A stretch of DNA of 64,000 nt from an uncultured Gemmatimonadales bacterium (GTDB lineage: Bacteria > Gemmatimonadota > Gemmatimonadetes > Longimicrobiales > RSA9), in assembly GCA_963741945.1 (NCBI GenBank), contig CAVUKA010000006.1, positions 160,001 to 224,000 of the forward strand, written 5' to 3'. Each line of letters opens with the position of its first letter. Within the stretch, counting starts at the first letter, position 1. A model generated the notes under the pieces. It had not been told where the DNA came from. It worked only from the letters and a program-made list of their open reading frames with translations, and ran no database searches. Both the position numbers and the translations under genes were made by a program. Below, in pieces: positions 19,565-28,584 of the stretch.

Positions 19565-20233
19565 ATGAGTGAGTCTTCCCTTCCGGTCACGTCGTCCGTG
19601 CCGAACACGGAAGCAGCGGCCTTCATGGGCCGCATCACGGCCGCAGCCACGCACGAGCTCAGGAACGTGTTGGCGATCATCCGGGAGTCGGCCGGACTGG
19701 TGGACGACCTGCTCGCCAGGTCGTCCACACGTGCCCTGGATGCCGACAAGCTGGAGTGGGCGACGGGGCGGATCGCGGCGCAGGTGACGAGGGGCGCGGA
19801 GCTGTGCACGTCGTTGAACCACGTGGCGCATGGCCTGGACCGGCCTGCGGAAGCGGTGGCGCTGAATGTGGCGGTGGCCGACACTACGCTGCTGTGCGGG
19901 CGCTCGGCGCGGCAGCGGCAGCGTCGGCTGGCTATACTCGCCGGTGATGGGAACCCAACGGTCGAGCGGAATGCGCTCCAGCTGTACATGGGGCTGGCCG
20001 CCGTGGTGGAATGGTGTGTGGAGCGGGTGCCGGAAGGTGGGACGTTGGCGATCCGGGGCGAGATGCTGCCGACCGGGCCGGCAGTGGTATTCCGGTCCGA
20101 GCCCGTGTGGCAGACGGAGCTGGCGGAGAACGGGGATCTGCGGATGGCGCTGGATACGGAGCCCCTGCGCTCGCTGGCCGTCAGCATGGAGGTGCCGCCC
20201 CCCGGGTCGGAGCTACTCCTCTGCTTCCATTGA
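19565..20233 (+). CDS. Degenerate histidine kinase: HisKA H-box retained, ATPase boxes absent
   Basis: FMGRITAAATHELRNVLAII with no recognisable N, G1 or G2 boxes. Start could be 19556. Confidence 0.7.
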   Translation: MSESSLPVTSSVPNTEAAAFMGRITAAATHELRNVLAIIRESAGLVDDLLARSSTRALDADKLEWATGRIAAQVTRGAELCTSLNHVAHGLDRPAEAVALNVAVADTTLLCGRSARQRQRRLAILAGDGNPTVERNALQLYMGLAAVVEWCVERVPEGGTLAIRGEMLPTGPAVVFRSEPVWQTELAENGDLRMALDTEPLRSLAVSMEVPPPGSELLLCFH

Positions 20234-20281
20234 TCCCGCGGGTGCGTCCCAACGGAGCCAAGATCGGGTGAGGAAGGAACC

Positions 20282-21202
20282 ATGAGCAAAATGAAGCTCC
20301 TGCTGGTCGACGACGAGGAGGAGTACGTCCGGACCATGGCAGCGCGGCTGTCCATGCGGAACGTCTCCAGCCAGGTTGCCCTTACAGGTGAAGACGCCCT
20401 CGCGGCCGTGGCGGCAGACGCTCCGCACGTGATGGTACTGGATCTGCGCATGCCCGGCATCGACGGCATGGCGGTGCTGGAGCGGGTGAAGCGCGAGCAC
20501 CCACACGTACAGGTCATCATCCTCACGGGACATGGATCGGAAGACGAGAAACGGAAGGCGCTGCAACTGGGCGCGTTCGACTACCTGGAGAAGCCCGCGG
20601 ACACGGGGCAGCTCTTGGGCGTGATCCGGGAGGCGTGGAAGCGAGCGCTCCGACTGCTCAAGGAGTCGGAGGCGGAATTCAGTCGCTCGATGGTGGCCGC
20701 GGCGATGGCGGAAGCGGGCGACGCGGACTCGGCGCTGGAGCACCTGGCCCGGACCCGCGAGACCGGGTCGCCGGCTCCGGTGCTGGAGCCAGAGCCGGCG
20801 CTGAAGGTCCTGTTCGTGGACGACGAGGAGGACTTCGTCCGCACGCTGGCGCAGCGCATGGAGATGCGGGACATGGGCGGCGACGTGGCGCTGAGTGGGC
20901 AGGAGGCGCTCGCGGCGCTGGAGCGGGAGCCGCCGGACGTGATCGTGCTGGACCTGAAGATGCCCGGCCTGGGCGGAATGGAGGTCCTGCGTCGCGTGAA
21001 GAAGCTGGACCCGGCGATCGAGATCATCATCATGACCGGCCACGGCTCCGTGCAGGACGAGGAGGAGGCGAAGCGCCTGGGCGCGTTCGAGTACCTGCGC
21101 AAGCCGGTGGAGATCGAGGTGCTGATGGACGCCGTGCGCCAGGCCGGGCAGCAGCGACGCGCCAGCCCCGGCTCGCGGGGCGGTGAAGCGGTCGGGGACT
21201 GA
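20282..21202 (+). CDS. Tandem double-receiver response regulator
   Basis: Two REC domains (LLLVDDE..VLDLRMPG..ILTGHG..LEKP and VLFVDDE..VLDLKMPG..MTGHG..LRKP). Confidence 0.9.
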   Translation: MSKMKLLLVDDEEEYVRTMAARLSMRNVSSQVALTGEDALAAVAADAPHVMVLDLRMPGIDGMAVLERVKREHPHVQVIILTGHGSEDEKRKALQLGAFDYLEKPADTGQLLGVIREAWKRALRLLKESEAEFSRSMVAAAMAEAGDADSALEHLARTRETGSPAPVLEPEPALKVLFVDDEEDFVRTLAQRMEMRDMGGDVALSGQEALAALEREPPDVIVLDLKMPGLGGMEVLRRVKKLDPAIEIIIMTGHGSVQDEEEAKRLGAFEYLRKPVEIEVLMDAVRQAGQQRRASPGSRGGEAVGD

Positions 21203-21217
21203 CCGGCGCCGATTCCA

Positions 21218-22987
21218 ATGAGCGAGCGGGCAAGGAAGCCGCCGGGCCCGGCAGCGGACGCCGAGGGCCTCATCTCCGGCAATCGGTATCGCCGGATGCT
21301 GCTCACGGCCGTCCTGGCCATATCGGCGGTGGCGCTTCTACCGCTGGGCCTCATGTCCTGGGTCAGCTACCGCCAGTACCGGGAAGCGTTCCGGGCGGAG
21401 CTGACGCGGCCGATGCTGCGCTTCGCCGAAGCGGGGCAGCATTCCATGGAATCGTACCTGGCGGACCGGCTGTCCGCGCTGGCCGGCGTGGGCCGCACGA
21501 GCAGCTACGACCAGCTCACGGCCCCGGCGCGGCTGGACTCGGTGCTGGCGGCGATGAACCAGCGTTTCGGCGGTGTCGTGGACCTGGGCGTGATCCGTGA
21601 CGATGGCACCCAGGTGGCCTACGCCGGCCCCTACGGCCTCACCGGTCGCGACTACAGCCAGCAGAAGTGGTTCCGGGAAGTGGCGACCGCCGGATCGTAC
21701 GTGAGCGACGTCTTCCTCGGCTACCGGAACCTGCCCCACATCGTCGTCGCCATCCAGGGCGACCGGGGCGGCGGCGGGTGGTATGCGCTCCGCGCCACCA
21801 TCGATACGGACGTGCTGCACTGGCTGGTGCGGGACCGGGGCAGCCGTCGCCCGGAGCAGGGCTCGGTGTGCAACCGGTGCCACTCCCTGGGCGTGCCGCC
21901 GTTCAGCGATGCGTTCATCATCAATGGCCAGGGCGTGCTCCAGACGCCGTCCCGCCGGTACGGCGCGGTGCTGGACACCGCGCTGCTGCCGCCGCTGCCG
22001 CCGGCGCCGGATCCACGCTTCGCCTCGTTCACGGACGGGACCGGCGAGCCGGTGGTGGCCGCATACGCCGGCATCGCCCGGTCGCCGTTCACGCTGGTGC
22101 TGCTCAGTCCGCTGGACGCCTTCCACGCCGGCTGGCGCTCGCTCCGCCGCGAGCTGGTGATCATCCCGCTGGTGAGCGGTCTGGTCATTCTGCTGGTGAT
22201 CATCTTCGGTGCGGTCTGGGCGGTGCGCTCGGCACGGGAGACGGACCGGAAGCGGGCTGCGCTGTTCCACGAGATGGAGTACACGAACAAGCTGGCGGCC
22301 ATCGGGCGGCTGGCCGCGGGCGTGGCGCACGAGATCAACAATCCGCTCGCCATCATCTCACAGAAGGCGGGGCTCCTGCACGACCTCCTGACCATGTCGG
22401 AGGAGCCGCCGCCCCGGGAGAAGTCGCTGGATCTCGTGGAGAGCGTGCTTCGCTCGGCCGAGCGCTGCGGCGGGATCACGCACCGGCTGCTGGGCTTCGC
22501 CAAGCACATGGACGTGCAGCACGAGCCCATCAGCCTGGAGGCCCTCCTCCGGGAGGTCCTCAGCTTCCTGGAGAAGGAGGCGGAGCACCGGAACCTGCGG
22601 GTCTCGCTGAACGAGGCGGAGGACACGCCGGCCATCGTAAGCGACCGGGGCCAGCTGCAGCAGGTCTTCCTGAACATCATCAACAACGCGTTCGCGGCCG
22701 TGGCGGACGGAGGGCGGATCGGGATCGACATCCGCCCGGCCGGTGAGGGGCGGGTGGCGGTGAGCGTGTCGGACGACGGGGTCGGGATCCCGGAATCCAA
22801 CCTGGAGCACATTTTCGACCCGTTCTTCACCACGAAGCAGGGGGCCGGGACCGGGCTGGGGCTGTCGATCACCTACGGAATCGTGGAGAAGCTGGGCGGC
22901 GAGATCGGGGTGCGGAGCAAGGTGGGCGAGGGCACGACCTTCACCGTCACGCTCCCCATCGAGCCGCCGGGGGTGAGGAGCCGGTGA
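21218..22987 (+). CDS. Cache-type sensor histidine kinase with a CxxCH motif in the periplasmic domain
   Basis: TM, then 'DLGVI..YAGPY.L.GRDY..WF..YVSDVFLGYR', CNRCH at 21869-21883, second TM, GVAHEINNP, QVFLNIINNA, DDGVGI and GTGLGLS. Confidence 0.92.
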   Translation: MSERARKPPGPAADAEGLISGNRYRRMLLTAVLAISAVALLPLGLMSWVSYRQYREAFRAELTRPMLRFAEAGQHSMESYLADRLSALAGVGRTSSYDQLTAPARLDSVLAAMNQRFGGVVDLGVIRDDGTQVAYAGPYGLTGRDYSQQKWFREVATAGSYVSDVFLGYRNLPHIVVAIQGDRGGGGWYALRATIDTDVLHWLVRDRGSRRPEQGSVCNRCHSLGVPPFSDAFIINGQGVLQTPSRRYGAVLDTALLPPLPPAPDPRFASFTDGTGEPVVAAYAGIARSPFTLVLLSPLDAFHAGWRSLRRELVIIPLVSGLVILLVIIFGAVWAVRSARETDRKRAALFHEMEYTNKLAAIGRLAAGVAHEINNPLAIISQKAGLLHDLLTMSEEPPPREKSLDLVESVLRSAERCGGITHRLLGFAKHMDVQHEPISLEALLREVLSFLEKEAEHRNLRVSLNEAEDTPAIVSDRGQLQQVFLNIINNAFAAVADGGRIGIDIRPAGEGRVAVSVSDDGVGIPESNLEHIFDPFFTTKQGAGTGLGLSITYGIVEKLGGEIGVRSKVGEGTTFTVTLPIEPPGVRSR

Positions 22988-23364
22988 TGGAGCCGATACG
23001 CGTGCTGATCGTGGACGACGAGGAGGAGCTGGTGAGCGCCCTGCGCGAGCGCCTGGAGCTGCGCGGATTCGTCGTCCGCGGGGAGACGAGCGGTGAGGCG
23101 GCGCTGGCCGCGCTGGAGGAGACGCCGTGGGACGTCCTGCTGGCCGACATCCGAATGCCGGGCATCGGCGGGTTCGAGCTGACGCGGTGCGCGAAGGAGC
23201 AGCACCCGTCCACGGCCGTGGTGCTGCTCACGGGCCGGAGCGCGGCCGGGGATGCCGAGCAGGGGCTGGCGCTGGGCGCCCGTGACTGTCTGGTGAAGCC
23301 GGTGGCGATCGAGGAGCTGACCCGGGTCCTCCGGGCGGCCGCTGAACGGGAGAGCGAGACGTGA
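22984..23364 (+). CDS. Stand-alone receiver domain protein
   Basis: VLIVDDE, LLADIRMPG, LLTG and LVKP. Confidence 0.9.
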   Translation: MMEPIRVLIVDDEEELVSALRERLELRGFVVRGETSGEAALAALEETPWDVLLADIRMPGIGGFELTRCAKEQHPSTAVVLLTGRSAAGDAEQGLALGARDCLVKPVAIEELTRVLRAAAERESET

Positions 23365-23792
23365 ACACGACCACTGTGCTGCTGGTGGACGACGAGGAGG
23401 ACTTCGTCGCCGTCCTGGCGGAGCGGCTGCAGAACCGGGGGATGACGGTGGACACGGCGCCGGACGGTATGACGGCGCTGGAGAAGGCCGCCGCCCGGGC
23501 ATACGACGCCGTGCTGCTGGACATGGCCATGCCGGGGCTGGACGGGGTGGAGACACTGAAGCGGTTGCGGGAGATCAACCCGGACGTGCAGGTCATCGTG
23601 CTGACCGGGAAGGCCACGCTGGCGCAGGGCGTGGAGTCCATCAAGGCCGGCGCGCTCGACCTCGTGGAGAAGCCCGCGTCCATCACCACCCTGGTGGAGC
23701 GAATCGACGAGGCGGCGCGGCAGCGTGCCCGCCTGCAGGACGAGCGGATGCAGCGCCGGATCACGGAGATAACGAGGAAGAAGGGGTGGTGA
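23361..23792 (+). CDS. Stand-alone receiver domain protein with short C-terminal helix
   Basis: VLLVDDE, LLDMAMPG, VLTG and VEKP. Ends with EITRKKGW. Confidence 0.9.
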   Translation: MNTTTVLLVDDEEDFVAVLAERLQNRGMTVDTAPDGMTALEKAAARAYDAVLLDMAMPGLDGVETLKRLREINPDVQVIVLTGKATLAQGVESIKAGALDLVEKPASITTLVERIDEAARQRARLQDERMQRRITEITRKKGW

Positions 23793-23795
23793 GCC

Positions 23796-25379
23796 ATGAG
23801 CGATCCGGTGATGGCCTCGACCGTATCGGAGACCGCGGCGCCGGTCGTTGAAGTACCGGTCACCCCCGGGCGGGCCTCACCCGCAGCCCGCGGCGGGGCA
23901 CCCCCTCCCCCCGCCCCGGAGGTCCTCGCGCCGGCCGGCGGCCGCTTCGACTGGAAACGCGTCGGCTTCATCCTTCTGGGCGCTGCGCTCTTCGCCGCCG
24001 TCTACCTGGCCCCGACCCCCGGCCCCGCCATCGACCCGCGGGGCCAGGCGTTCCCGCTCCCGCCCGAGGGGAAGGCGGCGCTGGCGCTGTTCCTCTTCGC
24101 GGCCACCTGGTGGATCGCGGAGGTGGTCCCCATCGGCGTGACCAGCATCGCCATCGGCGTGCTCCAGGCGCTCTTCCTCATCCGGCCGGCGCGCACCGCG
24201 TTCACCGACTTCATGGACCCGTCGGTGTGGTTCATCTTCGGCTCGCTGGCGTTCGGGATGGTGTTCACCAAGACGGGACTCACCCGGCGGCTCGCGTATC
24301 GCATGCTGTCACTCGTGGGTGAGCGCACGAGCATGATCTACCTGGGCTGCTTCGCCATGACGTCGCTGCTCACGCTCATCATGGCCCACACTGCCGTGGC
24401 CGCCACGGTCTTCCCCCTCCTGGTGGCCATCTACGCGCTCTACACCGACGAGACCGCGCCCACCCGGTTCGGGAAGGGGCTGTTCATGGGGATGGCCTTC
24501 GTGGCCGGCGCGGGGAGCATCATGACGCTGCTCGGCGCCGCCCGGGGCGCCGTCGCCATCGGCTTCTACAACGACATCGCCGGCGGCAACATCGGCTTCT
24601 TCCAGCTCAGCTACTACATGGTCCCCGTCGGGCTCACCATGACGCTGCTGCTGTGGGGCTACTTCATGCTGTACTACACCCCCGAGCGAAAGACCATCCC
24701 CGGGCTGCGCGAGCGGGCCCGGGAGCTGTATCGGGACCTCGGCCCGATGACGCGCAACGAGATCCTGGCGCTCGTGCTCGTCCTCGGCGCCATCCTGATC
24801 CTCAGCCTGCGCAACTTCGTTCCCCTCCTCGCCCCCGTGGACAAGAGCGCCATCATCCTCACCGCCACGGTGCTGTTCTTCGCGCTCCGCATCGTGAACG
24901 TCGAGGACCTGGAAGGGACGTCGTGGAACATCGTGCTGCTCTTCGGCGGCGCCATGAGCCTGGGCTTCTGCCTGTGGCAGACGGGCGCGGCGGCGTGGCT
25001 GGCCATCCACTGGCTCAGCCTCTTCACCGAAGCGCACTGGATGATCTTCGTGCTCGGGATCGCGTTCTTCGTCCTCATCATGACGAACTTCATCATGAAC
25101 GTGGCCGCCATCGCCATCACCATGCCCGTGGCCCTGGTCATGGCCCCGTACCTGAACGTGTCGCTGGAGGTGGTGCTGTTCGCGTCGCTGGTCACCGCGG
25201 GCATGCCCTTCCTCCTGCTCATCGGCGCCGCCCCCAACGCCATCGCCTACACCAGCAACCAGTTCACGACCAAGGAGTTCTTCATGGCCGGCGTCCCGGC
25301 CAGCCTGATGCTCATGGCCGTGCTCGCGCTGTTCGTGTGGATCATCTGGCCGGCCATGGGGATGCCGGTGCTGGGGTGA
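23796..25379 (+). CDS. DASS/SLC13 sodium-coupled anion (sulfate/dicarboxylate) symporter
   Basis: WWIAEVVPIGVT, KTGLTRRLA, WNIVLLFGG, TNFIMNVAA and GAAPNAIAY. About 13 TM segments. Confidence 0.88.
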   Translation: MSDPVMASTVSETAAPVVEVPVTPGRASPAARGGAPPPPAPEVLAPAGGRFDWKRVGFILLGAALFAAVYLAPTPGPAIDPRGQAFPLPPEGKAALALFLFAATWWIAEVVPIGVTSIAIGVLQALFLIRPARTAFTDFMDPSVWFIFGSLAFGMVFTKTGLTRRLAYRMLSLVGERTSMIYLGCFAMTSLLTLIMAHTAVAATVFPLLVAIYALYTDETAPTRFGKGLFMGMAFVAGAGSIMTLLGAARGAVAIGFYNDIAGGNIGFFQLSYYMVPVGLTMTLLLWGYFMLYYTPERKTIPGLRERARELYRDLGPMTRNEILALVLVLGAILILSLRNFVPLLAPVDKSAIILTATVLFFALRIVNVEDLEGTSWNIVLLFGGAMSLGFCLWQTGAAAWLAIHWLSLFTEAHWMIFVLGIAFFVLIMTNFIMNVAAIAITMPVALVMAPYLNVSLEVVLFASLVTAGMPFLLLIGAAPNAIAYTSNQFTTKEFFMAGVPASLMLMAVLALFVWIIWPAMGMPVLG

Positions 25380-25394
25380 GCCGGCTGCGGCGGG

Positions 25395-26309
25395 CTACCT
25401 TTCGCGTACGGCGAAGCGGGCGGCGATGCTGGTGAGGAGCACCACGGCGATGAGCACCAGCGCGGCCGCCCAGGCCTGGCGGTGCCAGTCGTCGTATGGC
25501 GAGATGGCGTAGTTGAAGATCTGGAGTGGCAGCGCGGCCATGGGGTGGCCGGGATTCAGTGTCCAGAAATTGTTGCCGAGGGTGGTGAAGAGGAGTGGCG
25601 CGGTCTCGCCGGCGATGCGGGCGAGCGCGACGAGCACGCCGGTCACGATCCCCCTGCGCGCGGCGGGGAGGATGATGCTGAGCGTGGTGCGCCAGCGGCT
25701 GGCGCCGAGGGCGAGGCCGCCCTCGCGCAGCTCGGAGGGGACGAGGCGCACCATCTCCTCGGTGGTCCTGGTCACCATGGGGATCAGCATGATGGCGAGG
25801 GCCACACTGCCGGCGAACGCGGAGAAGTGGCCCATGGCCACCACGATCCACGCCCAGACGAAGATCCCCACAACGATGGAGGGGATCCCGTTCATCACGT
25901 CGGCAATGAAGCGCACGACCATGGCCACCCGGCTGCGGTCGCGCTCCGCGAGGTAGACGCCCGCGCCCACGGCGATGGGGATTCCCATGGCTGCGGCGAC
26001 CGCCACGATCAGGAAGGTGCCCGCGAGCCCGTTGGCCATGCCCCCGCCCGTCTCCCCCGGCGGCGCGGGCATGTGGGTGAAGAAGTCCACGCCGAGCGAG
26101 GTCAGCCCTGCCTCGAGCAGGTGCCAGAGAATGAGCACGAGGGGCACGACTGTCGCCACGGCGGCGACACCGGTCAGCGTGAGCATGATGGCGTTCACCA
26201 GCTTGCGACGCCGGTCCCGCCACGTGGGCGGGCGTCCCCATGCCGAGTGCGCCCGGGCGCCCGCGGCCTGGCCGCCGCCTCCCGCACCCACGCCACTGCC
26301 GCGGTTCAC
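25395..26309 (-). CDS. pstA: Phosphate ABC transporter permease PstA
   Basis: GIPSIVVGIF, LREGGLALGA and ARIAGETAPLLFT. Confidence 0.95.
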   Translation of the reverse strand: MNRGSGVGAGGGGQAAGARAHSAWGRPPTWRDRRRKLVNAIMLTLTGVAAVATVVPLVLILWHLLEAGLTSLGVDFFTHMPAPPGETGGGMANGLAGTFLIVAVAAAMGIPIAVGAGVYLAERDRSRVAMVVRFIADVMNGIPSIVVGIFVWAWIVVAMGHFSAFAGSVALAIMLIPMVTRTTEEMVRLVPSELREGGLALGASRWRTTLSIILPAARRGIVTGVLVALARIAGETAPLLFTTLGNNFWTLNPGHPMAALPLQIFNYAISPYDDWHRQAWAAALVLIAVVLLTSIAARFAVRER

Positions 26310-27304
26310 GCCTGCCCCCGGGCGATGCGCCAGACCAGGGCCCGCGCCAGCGCGTTCACCACGATGGTCACGCCGAGCAGGACCAGCCCGATCTCCATGA
26401 GCGCGGACAGGTAGAGATCACTCGATGCCTCGGTGAACTCGTTCGCCAGCACGCTGGCCATGGTATAGCCGGGGTGAAAGATCGAGGACGGGATCTCGGG
26501 GCGGTTCCCGATCACCATCGTCACGGCCATGGTTTCGCCCAGGGCACGGCCGAGCCCGAGCATGATGGCGCCGAAGATCCCGGGGAGTGCCGCCGGGACC
26601 ACGGCCCCTCGCACGGTCTCCCACTTCGTCGCGCCGAGCGCGAGCGCCGCTTCGCGCTGCTCCCTGGGCACAGCCGCGATCACTTCCCGCGAGACGGCGG
26701 AGATGAAGGGGACGATCATGATGGCCAGGATCACGCCGGCGGCGAAGATGCTGACGCCGTACGCGGGGCCTGCCAGGAAGTCGAGGCGGTCGCCGAACGT
26801 GTGGGCCAGCGGCTCCTCGATGGCCTTTCTCAGCCACGGCACCAGGACGAATATGCCCCAGAGCCCGTAGACGACGCTGGGGATGGCGGCGAGCAGGTCG
26901 GTGGCGAACGCCACGGGCGCGGCCAGCCATCGGGGCGAGAGCTCGGTCAGGAAGAGCGCGAGGCCGAGCGCGAAGGGGACCGCCACCGCAACCGCAATGA
27001 CCGAGGACACGACCGTGCCGAAGATGAACGGGAGCGCCCCGAACTTCCCGGCCACCGGATCCCATTCCGAGCTGGTGACGAACGCGGCGCCGAACGCTTT
27101 CATGGCCGGCCACGCCGACACGCCCACGCGGTAGAGAATGAACGCGAAAAGGACCGGGAGGACGAGACCCAGGATGAGGAGGCTGACGTCGTAGACACGG
27201 TCCGGGGCGTGGCCGTGCCGCAGTCGCCGCCGGATCCTGCCCGCGATGGCGCGGAGCCCCCGGCCAGGGGCCTCCGCGCCATCGCCACCGGGCGACGGTG
27301 TCAC
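26306..27304 (-). CDS. pstC: Phosphate ABC transporter permease PstC
   Basis: LAAIPSVVYGLWG, REAALALGATKWE and GRALGETMAVTMVIGN. Confidence 0.95.
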   Translation of the reverse strand: MTPSPGGDGAEAPGRGLRAIAGRIRRRLRHGHAPDRVYDVSLLILGLVLPVLFAFILYRVGVSAWPAMKAFGAAFVTSSEWDPVAGKFGALPFIFGTVVSSVIAVAVAVPFALGLALFLTELSPRWLAAPVAFATDLLAAIPSVVYGLWGIFVLVPWLRKAIEEPLAHTFGDRLDFLAGPAYGVSIFAAGVILAIMIVPFISAVSREVIAAVPREQREAALALGATKWETVRGAVVPAALPGIFGAIMLGLGRALGETMAVTMVIGNRPEIPSSIFHPGYTMASVLANEFTEASSDLYLSALMEIGLVLLGVTIVVNALARALVWRIARGQA

Positions 27305-27346
27305 CGCCGCTCCCGGATCCGTCGGGAGCCGGTCCGAGCCGTCACG

Positions 27347-28495
27347 TCAGCCGGCGGTCGAGTCTGTGCTCGTGGCCGGGCCGCCCATCTCTGCGGCGGT
27401 CACCGGCTGGTTGTTGGGACCGCAGGTGACCGAGTTCAGCTTCTCGAGCACACGGCCCTGGACATTGTCCGGGAGCGGAGCGTAGTCGAGGTTCCGGGCC
27501 GCCTGGTCGCCGTTCTGAAGCGCCCACGCGAAGACGTTCACCAGCGCACTGGCTTTGCGGCAGTCGTCGATGTGCTGGTGCACCAGGACGTAGGACCACG
27601 AGGCCAGCGGGTAGGCCTGCTCACCGGGCGCGTTCACGATGGACAGCTTGAAGTCGGGATGTGCCTCCAGCTGCTGGTCCAGCGCTGCGGCCGCGGCCGC
27701 GGTGCTCTCCACGGACGGCTGCACGAAGTTCCCCTCGCTGTTCTTCAGCTGCGCCGTCGGCAGGTCGTTCTGGGTCGCGTACGCCAGCTCGATGTAGCCG
27801 ATGGCGCCCTCGGTCTGCTTGACCTGGCCGGCCACTCCCTCGTTCCCTTTCGCGCCCAGCCCCGTGGGCCAGGAGAGCGATTTGCCCACTCCGGGGCCGC
27901 TCTTCCACGCGTCGCTCACGGCCGCCAGGTAGTCGCTGAAGATGTAGGTGGTGCCGCTCCCGTCGGAGCGGTGGACCACGAGGATGTCCTCGTCCGGCAG
28001 GCTGACGCCCGGGTTCATCTGCTGGATCGCCGGCGCGTTCCACCGGGTGATGCTGCCCAGGAAGATCTCCGCCAGCACCGGGCCGCTCAGCTTGAGCGGC
28101 TGCTGCACCGATGGCAGGTTGAACGTCACCGTTACCGCGCCCAGGATCACCGGGAGGTTCATCGCCTCCGGAATCTTCGCCTGCTCCTCGTCGCTCAGCG
28201 GCGCGTCCGTGGCGCCGAAGTCCACCGTCCCCTCCGTGAACTGGCGGATCCCGCCGCCCGAGCCGATGGCCTGGTAGTTCACCCGGACGTCATGGCCCTT
28301 GCCGTAATCCGCGAACCAGCGGGAGAAGATCGGATAATCGAAGCTGGAGCCGGCGCCCGTGAGCGTGACGGCCCCGCCGCCGCCGGCCGCGGACCCGCTC
28401 ATCTCCCCTGGCGTCGCCCCGCCCTGGTCCCCGCCGCAGGCCGCGAGCGTCGCCGCCGCCATCAGCACCAGGACCATCTTCCTCGTGTCGAACAT
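27347..28495 (-). CDS. pstS: Phosphate-binding lipoprotein PstS
   Basis: Lipobox LAAC, GAGSSF, YQAIGSGGG, DFGATD, HRSDGSGTT and GAKGNEGV. Confidence 0.95.
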   Translation of the reverse strand: MFDTRKMVLVLMAAATLAACGGDQGGATPGEMSGSAAGGGGAVTLTGAGSSFDYPIFSRWFADYGKGHDVRVNYQAIGSGGGIRQFTEGTVDFGATDAPLSDEEQAKIPEAMNLPVILGAVTVTFNLPSVQQPLKLSGPVLAEIFLGSITRWNAPAIQQMNPGVSLPDEDILVVHRSDGSGTTYIFSDYLAAVSDAWKSGPGVGKSLSWPTGLGAKGNEGVAGQVKQTEGAIGYIELAYATQNDLPTAQLKNSEGNFVQPSVESTAAAAAALDQQLEAHPDFKLSIVNAPGEQAYPLASWSYVLVHQHIDDCRKASALVNVFAWALQNGDQAARNLDYAPLPDNVQGRVLEKLNSVTCGPNNQPVTAAEMGGPATSTDSTAG

Positions 28496-28584
28496 TGGTT
28501 GCCTTTCTCTCGTGTCCCGACTGTTCCGCCCGGAATGCGCCGGCATGATCCGCCCGTCCTGGGCGTGCATCGTCCGGGCCCTCC

